From NCBI GenBank assembly GCA_964016885.1, contig OZ024748.1, positions 51,646,001 to 51,710,000 of the forward strand: a stretch of 64,000 nucleotides of DNA, written 5' to 3'. Shown piece after piece: positions 1 through 11,881 of the stretch (position 1 is its first letter; every line of letters begins with the position of its first letter). The notes under the pieces were generated by a model. It searched no databases, was not told where the DNA came from, and saw only the letters and a list, made by a program, of their open reading frames with translations. The DNA comes from Eledone cirrhosa. Taxonomy: Eukaryota. The position numbers and the translations under genes were made by a program.

Positions 1-36
1 GAAACCATCGGAGATGATGGTCAAAAATTTTCTTCC
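1..36 (+). ncRNA. 3' half of a hammerhead ribozyme (5' half lies upstream of the window)
   Basis: GAA-ACCATCG-GAGA-TGATGGT-C: GAAA box, 7-bp stem III closed by a GNRA loop, GUC cleavage triplet; followed by (TA)n. Confidence 0.55.
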
Positions 37-227
37 TAAATATATATATAATAAGACTGATAATTATTATCATTAAAACACTGCTTCCTTCAGATACCGA
101 CTATGGTGAAATAGCAAACGTAGAATTCTAAATTGGGAGCCAGACTCAGACATTAGCATTGAATGCTCAAACTGGTGAAACATCAGTAACTAAACATTAC
201 CCATAAATCAAATACACTCTATATGTA

Positions 228-269
<42 letters not shown>

Positions 270-286
270 TGTGTGTGTGTGTGTGT

Positions 287-480
287 TCCGGGTCCAATCA
301 GGGTAACCACAGTAAGGTACTGAATACATTAGTAGAGTGTAAACAACAAATTTAATATAAAAATTGCTTCTACAGAACAAGAAATGTTTCATTCAAAGGA
401 AATCATCAGGAAAGCCCTAATGATTTCCTTCGAATGAAAGAGTTCTAGTCCTGTAGAAGCCATTTCTATATTAAATGAGT
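287..480 (-). mobile_element. Fold-back Penelope-like/retrozyme-like element with degenerate HHR
   Basis: 61-bp inverted arms 350-410/416-476 (8 mismatches); minus arm reads CTGATGA-TTTCCTTTGAAT-GAAAC; lies between (GT)n and (TA)n. Confidence 0.55.
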
Positions 481-497
481 TATATATATATATATAT

Positions 498-762
498 AAA
501 TATTTATTAAAATAACAGATTAAAGTTTAAGCAAAGAATCGTTGCTTTCACCCTTAACAGGATCTTCTGAAACTAACAAAGTCAATCTGTAAACGCAGAA
601 CTGGATATTTCAAAAAACGTTGCAACGTTTAAGCGATTCTTTGCTTAAACTTTAATCTGTTATTTTAATAAATATTTGCTCTACGGTTCTTATATATTTG
701 ATATATATTTTCCTTATCGAGCCCTCTTTGGATTTAGTCTTCAATTTTATTATTATTACTCT
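498..762 (+). mobile_element. Inverted-repeat Penelope-like element; HHR-like motif at 524-574 (minus)
   Basis: Perfect 44-bp inverted arms 498-541/634-677; nested palindrome 615-630; minus strand AGTTT-CAGAAGA-stemII-GAAA-GCAA..TTGC-TT-AAACT (U4A core change); tail 675-762 resembles 45995-46080. Confidence 0.6.
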
Positions 763-782
763 ATATATATATATATGTATAT

Positions 783-883
783 ATTCATTTTGTTAAGGTT
801 GAAGAGTGAGTCATGTTTATCACAGGGTCATCAGACAATAACTCTATTTCAGTATTGAGTACTCCTTTCTCTCAGCCATCAAC

Positions 884-887
<4 letters not shown>
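783..887 (-). mobile_element. Internally deleted copy of the HHR element at 25397-25462
   Basis: Aligns to 25397-25460 (ATTCATTTT..GAAG..AGTGAGTC..TCACAG..TCATCAGACAA) but lacks about 10 nt covering stem III and most of GAAA; flanked by (TA)n. Confidence 0.55.
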
Positions 888-944
<57 letters not shown>

Positions 945-1032
945 TACATATATACATATAATTGTTTCTACTTTTGGTTCAACACCAGCAACCATAATCC
1001 TTGTTATACTAACACACCTGAAATTGCCCTCA

Positions 1033-1085
1033 GTTTGTGATACAAACGAAACTTAAGTATTTAGATAATGTTACTGTTGTAACTG
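1033..1085 (+). mobile_element. 5'-truncated HHR element, same family as 22565-22630
   Basis: GTTTGT-GAT-ACAAAC stem II, GAAAC-TTAA-GTA, then ATGTTACTGTTGTAACT shared with the 22.6-kb copy; CTGATGA absent. Confidence 0.55.
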
Positions 1086-1142
1086 ATAATATATGAAGTG
1101 CATAAAGTGCTAAGCCTGGAAAGACTTCTAATCAAGGTAGTA

Positions 1143-1336
1143 ATTAATTGTTTCTACTTTAGGCACAAGGCCAGCAAATTACCCAGTACATTACTGGTAC
1201 TTTATTTTATCGACCCCGTAAGGATGAAAGGCAAAGTTAACCTCGGCGGGATTTGAACTCAGAATGGCAAGGGCCGTAACTCTATGCGTCAAAGCATGGC
1301 GTCCGATCCGCTACCGATACTGCCAATCCACTGCCC
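1143..1336 (-). mobile_element. tRNA-headed SINE family A, full length
   Basis: Minus strand: A box TGGCAGTATCGG, B box GAGTTCAAATCC, core GCCTTTCATCCTTACGGGGTCGATAAAATAAAGTACCAG (Meta-domain-like from memory), ATT-type tail; more than 12 copies in the window. Confidence 0.9.
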
Positions 1337-1361
1337 TTCGTATACATATATTTATATATAT

Positions 1362-1510
1362 AATACAAGGAAGATTATTGATTGGTGATGCGCGTTTCAC
1401 TATTGATCAGCTCAAGATTCGATCTGTATTGATCTGGCCCGATTCTGGAATCAAAAGCTCGTCGGTTGTCTGCTGTTGTAATGACAGTAACTTCACATTA
1501 CTCCCTGGAT
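1362..1510 (-). mobile_element. (TA)n-embedded element with degenerate HHR
   Basis: Minus: CCGACGA-GCTTTTGAT...ATCAATAGT-GAAAC-GCGC-ATC; core substitutions and stem I not paired. Confidence 0.4.
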
Positions 1511-1570
1511 ATGTATATATATATATATATGTATATATGTATATATGTGTATATATATATGTGTGTATGT

Positions 1571-1653
<83 letters not shown>

Positions 1654-1723
1654 GAAATACTGTTGGCTTCTTGCTCACATTAATTTCTATATTTTCATTT
1701 ATATATATATATATATAAATGAT

Positions 1724-2021
1724 GGAGGTACATGGCTTAGTGGTTAGAGCATTGGCCTTGCAATTGAAAGGTTGCGAGTTCAATTCTCAGACCGGGTGAT
1801 GTGTTGTTTCCTTGAGCAAGACACTTTATTTCACATTGCTCCAGTTTACTCAGCTGCAAAGTGGTCGTGGAGGTGCCATGGCAAAAAGAAAAGCACCCAG
1901 CACTCACTGTAAATGAGGTTGGTGTTAGGAAGGGCATCCAGCTGTAGAAATCAAGCCAGAATCAGTTCCCGTCCCACCCTTGCAAGCAGGGAAAAGCGAA
2001 TGATGAAAATGATGATGATGA
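1724..2021 (+). mobile_element. tRNA-headed SINE family B with RTE-type 3' tail
   Basis: A box TGGCTTAGTGG, B box GAGTTCAATTC, core CCTTGAGCAAGACACTT, tail CCCTTGCAAGCAGGGAAAAGCG-(ATG)n. Confidence 0.9.
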
Positions 2022-2564
2022 TATATATACACAGATATAAATACATACACAAAGAAAGATTTAAATAAATGAGCAACTGTAAGAGATGTATTTGGAAAAT
2101 TGTTTAAATTTCCAGCCAGGTGAGTCTGTGTGAAATATCTGTCCCATTGATTAGTGTTTCAAGCTGAATCCATAACAAATGGAGGAGGGAATGAAGATAT
2201 TCAGGTGGAGTCCTTCATTTTAAGGAATATACCATTAATATACCATTGTTTCCAGAATACTTGGCAAACAATAACAACAACAACATCAACAGAATTAATA
2301 ACAATGATGATGATGATGATAATATTGATAATCCTTATACGATGCCCCTTTATATCTAAAGGATGAGTCAGTACGAGGTTTTTTTTATTCAGATTGGAAT
2401 CATGTTTTTACAGCTGAGTGTTTTGCCAATCAAATTAATCCAAAAACCGAAAATAGGACTGAAAGTCTGTGTTTATTGTTTGTTTTTATTTCTTATCCCT
2501 TCATTCTATATTGTTATCCTTATTATTATTATCCTAATCATTATTATTATTACCAATATTATTA

Positions 2565-2595
<31 letters not shown>

Positions 2596-3207
2596 CAATA
2601 TTATCATTAGTATTGTTATTGTTATTATTATTATTGTTATTATTATTATTGTTATTATTATCATTATTATCACTTTTGTTTTATTTTACTCATTGCTTCC
2701 GCATCATTGAAGAAGAAACTGATAAACATGTAATTAAGAATTCATTTCTCTTCTGCCTCCCCCACCACTGTCCCATTTTTCACCCTTGCACATATACACA
2801 TACATACAAAAACAAACACATCCATATTCTTTCACTCTCTCTCCCTCCCTCTCTTATTATATCTCTGACCCTCTCTCTGTCTGTCTCATTTTTTTTCCTC
2901 CTTATATAATACTATTTCTCCATACACATTTCTCATATAAAACCACTCAAACTTTCTGATTGTATAGTGTATGTATGTACAATATGCACACAAACACAGA
3001 GTGCATATACCTATATGTATATACATATATATATATATATATACCTCTATGTCCTTCTCTCTTTCAATATATATATATATATATATCTCCCTCACTCTCT
3101 CTCTATATATATATATATCTTCCCCCCCCACTCTCTCTCTCTCTCCTTATATATATATATATATCTTCCCCCACCCACTCTCTCACTCTCTCTCTATATA
3201 TATATAT

Positions 3208-3377
3208 CTGTAAAGTGGACGTGTAGGCACCACGGAAAAAAAGCACCCAGCACTCACTGTAAATGAGGTTGGTGTTAGGAAGGGCATCCAGCTGTAGAAA
3301 TCAAGCAAGAATCAGTTCCCGTCCCACCCTTGCAAGCAGGGAAAAGCGGACGTAAGATGAAATGATGATGATGATGT
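3208..3377 (+). mobile_element. SINE B, 5'-truncated
   Basis: Near-identical to the 3' part of 1724-2021; interrupts a compound CCCAC/(CT)n/(TA)n repeat. Confidence 0.85.
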
Positions 3378-3417
3378 TATCTATATATATATATATATAC
3401 ACCTTCCGCCCCACCCA

Positions 3418-3497
<80 letters not shown>

Positions 3498-3547
3498 TGG
3501 CGGAAGATGTATATATATATATATATAAACATCTTCCCCCCACCCCG

Positions 3548-3586
<39 letters not shown>

Positions 3587-3665
3587 CATATGAGATTATA
3601 TGTGGGAAAAGATACGTATATATGTATATAGGGAGAGATAGATAGAGAGATAGAGAGAGAGAGAT

Positions 3666-3698
<33 letters not shown>

Positions 3699-3986
3699 TA
3701 CACTCACTTAAACCAATCGACAGATATCAATATATATTTTTATCCCTACCCCCCTCCTCCTACCTTCTATATCTATGGATCGCCCCCCCCCTCTTTATTC
3801 AGTCAATGTTCCATCTATGTTTCCCTTATATTACTTGTTTTACTCCCTCTCACACCCTAATTTTCTGTCCCTCTTCCTCTCACTATAAAATCACATATAT
3901 ACATATACTCATACACGCACATATATATATATGTGTATACACACACACACACATATATATATATATACATATATGCAGATATATAT

Positions 3987-4022
<36 letters not shown>

Positions 4023-4064
4023 ACACAGACACACACATATATATACATATATGCAGATATATAT

Positions 4065-4114
<50 letters not shown>

Positions 4115-4160
4115 ACACACACACACACATATATATATATACATATATACAGATATATAT

Positions 4161-4199
<39 letters not shown>

Positions 4200-4260
4200 T
4201 ACATATATACACACACATATATATATACACTCATAAATATATATACATATATATATATAT

Positions 4261-4309
<49 letters not shown>

Positions 4310-4324
4310 TATATATATACACAC

Positions 4325-4357
<33 letters not shown>

Positions 4358-4636
4358 CCTATATATATATACACATACATACAGGGAGAAGTGAGCGTAA
4401 ATTGATGATGATGAATATATATATACACACACATATATATATATATATATACACACACCTCTCTCCCCCCTACTTTCTCTTGTTATCACTTGTATTTCTT
4501 TCTCTTTCCAATCTCTAATTCATTCAGTACCCCCTAGGGTAAAAGAAGCGTATGTATATGTGTATATATATATGTGTGTATGTGTATGTATGTATGTATA
4601 TGTGTATATATATATATATTTATATATATATATATT

Positions 4637-4678
<42 letters not shown>

Positions 4679-4925
4679 TGTGTATGTATGTATGTATGTG
4701 TGAGCATATGTAGTTATGTGTGTGTATGTGTGTGTATATGTGTGTGTGTTTTAATGTATAATTAAAGAAATCCTCCATCAGTCTCTGTTAGTTGTTATTA
4801 AGTATCTTATATGTCTGCTTTTAAAATCACATTAATATCAGAGAGAAATAGGGGGGGGGGGGGGGCTAATGTAAGTGTGTATAAAATTTGGACTATTTTT
4901 GTATATGTGTATACATATATATAAC

Positions 4926-4966
<41 letters not shown>

Positions 4967-5125
4967 CATATATGTTTATATACATATATACATACACAAA
5001 CACACACTCACACACACATATTTATATATATATAGATAGATAGATATAGAAAGATAGATAGATAGATAGATATGAAAGTATATATAAATATATATACACA
5101 CACATATACATATATTTACATACAA

Positions 5126-5174
<49 letters not shown>

Positions 5175-5331
5175 TATGTATATATTATTTACACGTACAT
5201 ATATCTCTTCATATACGTATACATTAAAATCAAATTAAATGCAACATTACAAACAATGTATTCGATTTTTTTAATCTTTTACAATTGTATTTATATTTTA
5301 TCTATGTGTCTATCTATCTATATATATACAT

Positions 5332-5760
5332 ATATATACATTTCTATGTATATATATATACATATACATATATATACATTTCTATATATATATATGCATA
5401 TATATACATTTCTATATATATATATGCATATATATACATTTCTATATATATATATGCATATATATACATTTCTATATATATATATGCATATATATACATT
5501 TCTATATATATATATGCATATATATACATTTCTTTATATATATATGCATATATATACATTTCTATATATATATATGCATATATATACATTTCTATATATA
5601 TATATGCATATATATACATTTCTATATATATATATGCATATATATACATTTCTATATATATATATGCATATATATACATTTCTATGTATATATATATATA
5701 TATATATGCATATATATACATTTCTATGTATATATATATATATGCATATATAAATGCATA
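5332..5760. repeat. 30-bp minisatellite, about 14 copies
   Basis: TATATACATTTCTATATATATATATGCATA repeated in phase. Confidence 0.9.
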
Positions 5761-5967
5761 TATATATTTTTATATGTAAGAATATATATATAATTATCAT
5801 TACTCACTCACGTTATATATGTTTGTCTGTGCATCATCTTTATGCTCCATTTTGAAATATTTTAGACTTTCTCTTCATATTTCGGAACAGAAAACTTAAA
5901 AATACAGCCTTTTCCTGTTCTTAAAAATATTTAGCAATCTCTGCTTTTCTTTGAATGTATGTGTCTA

Positions 5968-5971
<4 letters not shown>

Positions 5972-6002
<31 letters not shown>

Positions 6003-6038
6003 ATGTATATATACATACACAAACATATATATATATAT

Positions 6039-6106
<68 letters not shown>

Positions 6107-6136
6107 ATGTATATATACATACACATACATATATAA

Positions 6137-6192
<56 letters not shown>

Positions 6193-6401
6193 ATGTATAT
6201 ATACATGCACAAACATATATAAGTATATATATATATATATATATGTGTATGTGTATGTATATATACATGCACAAACATATATAAGTATATATATATATAT
6301 ATATATATGTGTATGTGTATGTATATATACATGCACAAACATATATATATATATATATATATATATGTGTATGTATATATACATACACAAACATATATAA
6401 G

Positions 6402-6436
<35 letters not shown>

Positions 6437-6684
6437 ATGTATATATACATGCACAAACATATAAAAGTATATATATATATATATATATAGAGAAGAAATT
6501 TACGAAATGGAAATGCGGGTATATAGTTGACTCCATCCAATGCAACTACTTAGTAACATTGGAATACAAATTATATATATATATATATATGTATGTGTAT
6601 GTATATATACATACACAAACATATATAAGTATATATATATATATATATATGTGTATGTATATATACATACACAAACATATATAA

Positions 6685-6716
<32 letters not shown>

Positions 6717-6739
6717 ATGTATATATACATACACAAACA

Positions 6740-6771
<32 letters not shown>
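5972..6771. repeat. Compound (TA)n-based minisatellite with an ~80-bp unique insert at 6490-6570
   Basis: GTATGTGTATGTATATATACAT(A/G)CACAAACATATATAAG units separated by variable (TA)n. Confidence 0.8.
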
Positions 6772-6772
<1 letters not shown>

Positions 6773-7065
6773 CATCATCATCATCATCATCATCAGGTTT
6801 AGCGTCCGTGTTCCACGCTTGCATGGGTTTGGACGGGGGTTTTCCCACTTGAGGCAAGAGTGGTTGTCTTGCTCGCATAGGACTGTCTGGCGGGTTTTCT
6901 ACAGCTGGATGCCCTTCCTAACACCAACCACATTTACAGTGTGGGGCTGGGAGGTTTTTACCGTGTTGCCTACACGGCCACATTTACAGCGTGGACTGTG
7001 TGTTTTTTTGTCGTGACACCTACACGATCTCATTTGTTTCGGCCTGGATGTTGTGGGACCAACAT
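6772..7065 (-). mobile_element. SINE B-related element, 3' part
   Basis: (CAT)n, CCACGCTTGCATGGG tail hairpin, CTGGATGCCCTTCCTAACACCAACC, two 48-bp modules. Confidence 0.8.
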
Positions 7066-7091
7066 AACTGTACATATATATATATACATAA

Positions 7092-7163
<72 letters not shown>

Positions 7164-7344
7164 ATACATACACACAAACACACGCACATATATATACATA
7201 CATACATACACACATAAAGTACCAGTAATGCACTAGGGTAATTGCTGGCCTTGTGCCAAAAGTAGAAACAATTATATATATATATATAAATGAAATATGG
7301 GGAGCTGTGTTTTTGCAAATTTGATATATATATATATATATATA

Positions 7345-7547
7345 TGTAACAAAGGAAATGTGGTAGGGAACCAGGTGGACCATAACACACCAAAGTACTC
7401 AATAATTAGGGTCGTAGAGCGGGTAATAGGAACGAGTAGGACCCCGACGGCTGAGCTCAAGCCGTTTCGACGGCTAATTCTGGACTAATTTAGTCCAGAA
7501 TTAGCCGTCGAAACGGCTTCAGCTCAGCCGTCGGGGTCCTACTCGTT

Positions 7548-7552
<5 letters not shown>
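7345..7552 (-). mobile_element. Fold-back HHR element; 127-bp near-perfect palindrome
   Basis: 63-bp arms 7426-7488/7490-7552 with 1 mismatch; GAAAC-GGCT..AGCC-GTC on both strands; flanked by (TA)n. Confidence 0.75.
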
Positions 7553-7612
<60 letters not shown>

Positions 7613-7639
7613 ATATATCCCAAAATAATATCTAGATAA

Positions 7640-7885
7640 ATTCCATTACTTCATGTGTTCTTTGCTTCAGCTCTCTGCTTTCTGAGTTCAAATCCTTCCA
7701 AAATGTTAATTTTGCCTACCATTTGAGGTCACTAAAAATGTACTATGTCTCTCGCCCCCTTCCTCTGTCCCATTCCATCTTTCTCTGGAATAAATCTGCT
7801 GTATTCAGACCTGGAGAGGAGATGGGCTTCACCAGGCTTAAAAATGCCAAGAACACTGTGTGCCACAAGACTCCATCAGTCGTGG
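7640..7885 (+). mobile_element. Old SINE A-like subfamily with a different tail
   Basis: TCTGAGTTCAAATCC plus decayed core; tail AAATCTGCTGTA..GATGGGCT..GGCTTAAAAATGCC shared with 40720-41070. Confidence 0.6.
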
Positions 7886-8065
7886 GACTATACTTATCAT
7901 ACATCACATAATTCAACATAGGTCCAATTTGATAAGAGACAGAACTTATAAAGCTTCCTTGAATCTCTTATTATCAAACATAAACTATTTATGTAAAACA
8001 TATGTATGTATATATGTAGATATGTATGTATATGTGTATATACATGGCTGCATGTGTATGTATAT

Positions 8066-8424
8066 GCGCGGGGACATAGAAATAGTCGGGCTGGACACCC
8101 GATCGCGCGGTTAAACCACTGGGAGTGAAGGACCCCTAGCCTTTGTCAGGGCATTCTTCTAGGAGAAGGCAACTCAGGAAACTGGGATCACTCCCATATA
8201 AAACCTGCGGCTCAGTAGTTACCGATGATGTTGATCTTTTCTTCTTTTCAGGTTATAGCTACTGTCGCTCAGAGAGTGGGATTGGCTCAGTGCACAGTCT
8301 TTCCTCACTTTAAAAAATATCTTCACGTACAGGCATTGCATGATAGAATTAATTAATAATTATTAATAATGGTATTTCGTGCAATGGCCATACTCGATAA
8401 CGAGGGGGCAGCCATCATCATCAT
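8066..8424 (+). mobile_element. Non-autonomous RTE derivative (5' UTR joined to 3' tail)
   Basis: CCCCTAGCCTTTGTCAGGGC..TAGGAGAAGGCAACTC 5' motif; 3' GGCCATACTCGATAACGAG..GGCAGCCA matches the RTE end at 12787-12822; flanked by (TATG)n. Confidence 0.7.
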
Positions 8425-9274
8425 GTATGTATGTATGCTTATGGAAGTAAATCAACTCCCCATGCCATCACCATACATGGAACTTAAGGGTTAGTATATC
8501 TCACGGACCAGCCAATAGCCTGGAGAACAAATTGTCCCAGCTGGTGACATGGGAGAAATGCTAGAATCACCACTTCACCTTGCAGTGCTCACACCTCTGG
8601 TCAGCGAACACTGCTCCAATAGCAGTGAGAAAGGATGTGATCCGGGGTTCAAGAATGCTGGCAGTTTCCACTGCCACAGACTCAAGAACAAACCTATACT
8701 ATGGTACCAAAACTATACAGCTTATATGTATACATAGTTTGTGGAATGATAACAGAGATTAGAAATGGAAGAGTATTATATATTTATTACATTTTTGGAC
8801 TATTAACCTCATCAAAGAGATGAAATATTTTTTCAATATTTACATCTAAATTATATTTCAATCATTGTCTTGTTTATAACAAGCCATAAACGAGACAATG
8901 TAATTTCTAATGTAAGTGTTATAACATTTAAGAATAAGACACCCAATAATGTAACAGTTAAGATTTTATGACAAACAAACTTAAATGATGCATTTTTTTT
9001 AAACAAAAGAAATACAAGAGAAAAGAAATGTGACAGAACTGTTATATACAAACGTTTTATTACAAACATTGCACAATCACTCTATGAATAGTATTTATAA
9101 TTTAGTCAAAAATACTTTCTCTTAGATTTCCTAACTTCTGTCAACCAGCAAATGTGTATTGAATAATCACAGTGTTTTAATGAAATTTTGTCTAGAAGCA
9201 ACTTGAAGTGGAGAATCTGTTACATTGTATACACACCAAGAACCATATTCCAAAGAAATGGAAAATGAAATATT

Positions 9275-9900
9275 GGGTGATATAACCCTTCTTTTAATTG
9301 AGTTTCAACATATCCAGTAGTTAAAACATCTTTCAAGTCACTTTACTACATACAATGTGGCTCAAAGTACAGTTTTATATGACCTTAACTCTTATGCTAA
9401 TTGAGCCTTAACATCATTAGTTAAACCATCTTTCAAGTTACTCTACTACCCTCAGTATGGCTCTAACCAAAATTTTATTTAACCTCACCTCTCATGTTAA
9501 CCAAGCTTTAACATCCCCAGCAAGATATTTATTCTACTATATCTAACATAGCTGAAACCAGTTTTATATAACGTTAACCCTCCTTTTAATTGAGTTTCAA
9601 CATCTTCAGTCGTAAAACGGCCTTTCAAGTTACTTTACTTTACTACACCCAGTGTGGCTCAAACTACAATTTTACATAACATTAACCTTCCTGTTAATCT
9701 AGCTTTAACATCTCCAGTATCTAAACCATCCTTCCAGTTACTTATTCTACTACACAAAATGTGGTTCAAATCAGAATTTTGTATAACCTTAAACTTCTTG
9801 TTAACCAAGATTCAATATTTCCAGTTGTTAAACAATCAACTTACTTAGCAACGTGGCTCAAAACTTCAGTTTTATATAAATAACCTTTCTAAGTTGAACC
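9275..9900. repeat. Degenerate ~100-bp tandem repeat, about 6 copies
   Basis: GTGGCTCAAA-like anchor at about 9357, 9457, 9548, 9654, 9761, 9854 with recurring TTTCAAGTTACT and TTAACATC. Confidence 0.7.
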
Positions 9901-10067
9901 CACATGCTACCAATACACGTACTGTAACTGAATCAATCATATTACCTGCCTCATTACAATCAAACTCTCGAGCTAACAGCATAGTTTAGTAAAGCACTGT
10001 ACAAATTATTCTGCTTATATAGCAGACTTACTTTTATTCCTTTTAAATATCACTTCAGTAATCAGTG

Positions 10068-10182
10068 AAGGTGCATAACTTAGTGGCTAGAGAATTGGAT
10101 TTGTAACATGAGGTTGCAAGTTGGATTCTCAGACTGGGTGAAGCGCTATGTCCTTGAGCAAGACACCTTATTTCATGTTGCC
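10068..10182 (+). mobile_element. SINE B/C head fragment
   Basis: CTTAGTGG A box, GTCCTTGAGCAAGACAC core. Confidence 0.65.
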
Positions 10183-10467
10183 TTTTCTGCCAGGAATTGC
10201 GATTACTAAATAGTATCACCCATGGAAGCATTATTTCCTTGGTCTAATTTTAAAGATTTATAAACATTTTCAGTAATTCACTTATTCTAAGACATAGCAC
10301 TACTTTGAACAAACACTTAACTTTACATTAGCTAAACTTAGTTTTCACTTGTATGAGTAAACTTTTATAAATAATTGAATAAACTCAACTGACATTATTA
10401 CTAAAATGTCTCTTTTTATACATTTTTTTAAACCTGGCTTGTCTTATGATAATTAATGTAGAATTGT

Positions 10468-10712
10468 AAGGTTGGTTCAATTCCTGGACAGGTTGCTGTG
10501 TTGTGTTCTTGAGGGAAACATTTTATTTCCCGTTACTACAGTGGCCTCAATTGAGAGTGAGTACCAGTATTAGCTGGGGAGTTAAACCTGCAATGGACTG
10601 GCATCCTGTCCAGGAAGAGTTTTGTACTCTCAGTCACTTAACACCAAGGAAACCAGAGATAAGTACTAGCCTGATTAGCTTTCAGCTTAGAACAGACTTT
10701 AACTTGCTTTAA
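10468..10712 (+). mobile_element. SINE family C (B-like head/core, different tail)
   Basis: GGTTCAATTCC, GTGTTCTTGAG, ATGGACTGGCATCCTGTCCAGG shared with 54360-54640 and 62190-62765. Confidence 0.7.
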
Positions 10713-11514
10713 CTACACAACTATTCCAATTACAGCACTCATTAATATTTTTATTTTATTTTTGTGCAATATAAAATATTTGGATGTTTCTCCAGGCTCT
10801 TTCCTACAATGTTTTCTTATTTATATCCATAAATCCCTTAACAGAAGTTAATTTACCTATGTATTCTAGTTTGATTAACTATCCTAATTCATTCTGTCTC
10901 TTAACAGTATTCGTCTATATCTAGAATTTTCTTAACCTTCTAAAGTTCTACCTCTGACAATTTATCATTTCATTCCTTTATTTCATCTAGTTTATTTCAT
11001 CTCATTCCATTTTATTTAATTCTATCTTATAAGTGGATCGCCTTTCTATTCTTTTAATTTAATCAGCCATTCTCCCCTTTTTCATCTTATCTAACTTCAT
11101 CCCACTTTCCTTCACTTTATCTTTTTACATTTATTTAATTGAATTTTCTTTCATACATTTTACATATCCACTTTATTTATTTATGTATTTATTTAATCCC
11201 CCAACTTAATATATTCATTTTACTTTGTCATTAACTGTCGTTCATTTTTTCTCTCTTTCTAGTTTTATCCTACCTCAAATTATTTTAAATTTGCCTACAC
11301 ATCTGTTCAGCAGCTCTTTGCCGAAAATTTCAATAACTCTTTTTAATCACTCGACTATTTTCTCTTACAAAATTCTGATTTAATCGACTTTTGAAGAATA
11401 AATTATTACACAAAATCTTACGTCCTTGATATATTATTTATTTCTGAAGCATGACTTCAAATAATTCCTCTTCCTTATCATTTATTATTTATATGTATGT
11501 TCTGTATGTATGTA

Positions 11515-11840
11515 CGTTATCTCTTTCTCTTAATTTTGAGTATATTTTTTGACCGGCCACCTACCTGGTGGCAAGATTGTAAAAGAAAAGAAATTGTCAT
11601 CCCTTGAATCGCAAGAATATTTTGCAAATTTTGAAGGTGCCAGCTATCGCAGCCATTTTTAGATTATGAATTAGGGAGCTGTGCTCTTTGTCCGCAAATC
11701 CAAGTTCAGTCATACTTTGGTCCAAGCGGGTTGGTATATAACCCGTAGCTCCAATAATGATGGGTATGAAGCTAAAGGTGTATCTTGGATACTGGATTTG
11801 TAAACTCATCAATGGTCCATAGATGTCCTCCTTCTCCTGT
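11515..11840 (-). mobile_element. 3' end of an RLE-type non-LTR retrotransposon (R4/Dong-like)
   Basis: Minus frame QEKEDIYGPLMSLQIQYPRYTFSFIPIIIGATGYIP...AAIAGTFKICKIFL*, resembling the R4-clade endonuclease C-terminus; short 3' UTR; flanked by (TATG)n. Confidence 0.65.
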
Positions 11841-11881
11841 ACATACGTACGTATGTATGTATGTACGTATGTTTGTATGTC

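Noticed and set aside
1724-1800. tRNA-Cys-like gene (TTGCAAT loop)
   Set aside because: Acceptor stem does not close and the sequence continues into a SINE body; it is a SINE head
2110-2125. Strong donor-like CAG/GTGAGT (also at about 35306 and 52038)
   Set aside because: No supporting upstream ORF; could be non-coding exons but not supportable without RNA data
6490-6570. Unique insert in (TA)n with a small hairpin
   Set aside because: Probably another element tail, but it has no HHR core and no second copy in the window
3806-7402. Long YI/HT/CV-rich ORFs here and throughout the window
   Set aside because: Translations of (TA)n/(CA)n microsatellites, open in several frames and strands
8130-8180. 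HDV-like or twister ribozyme at the RTE 5' end
   Set aside because: Could not build P1/P1.1/P4 or the twister consensus; kept only as an unknown structured motif
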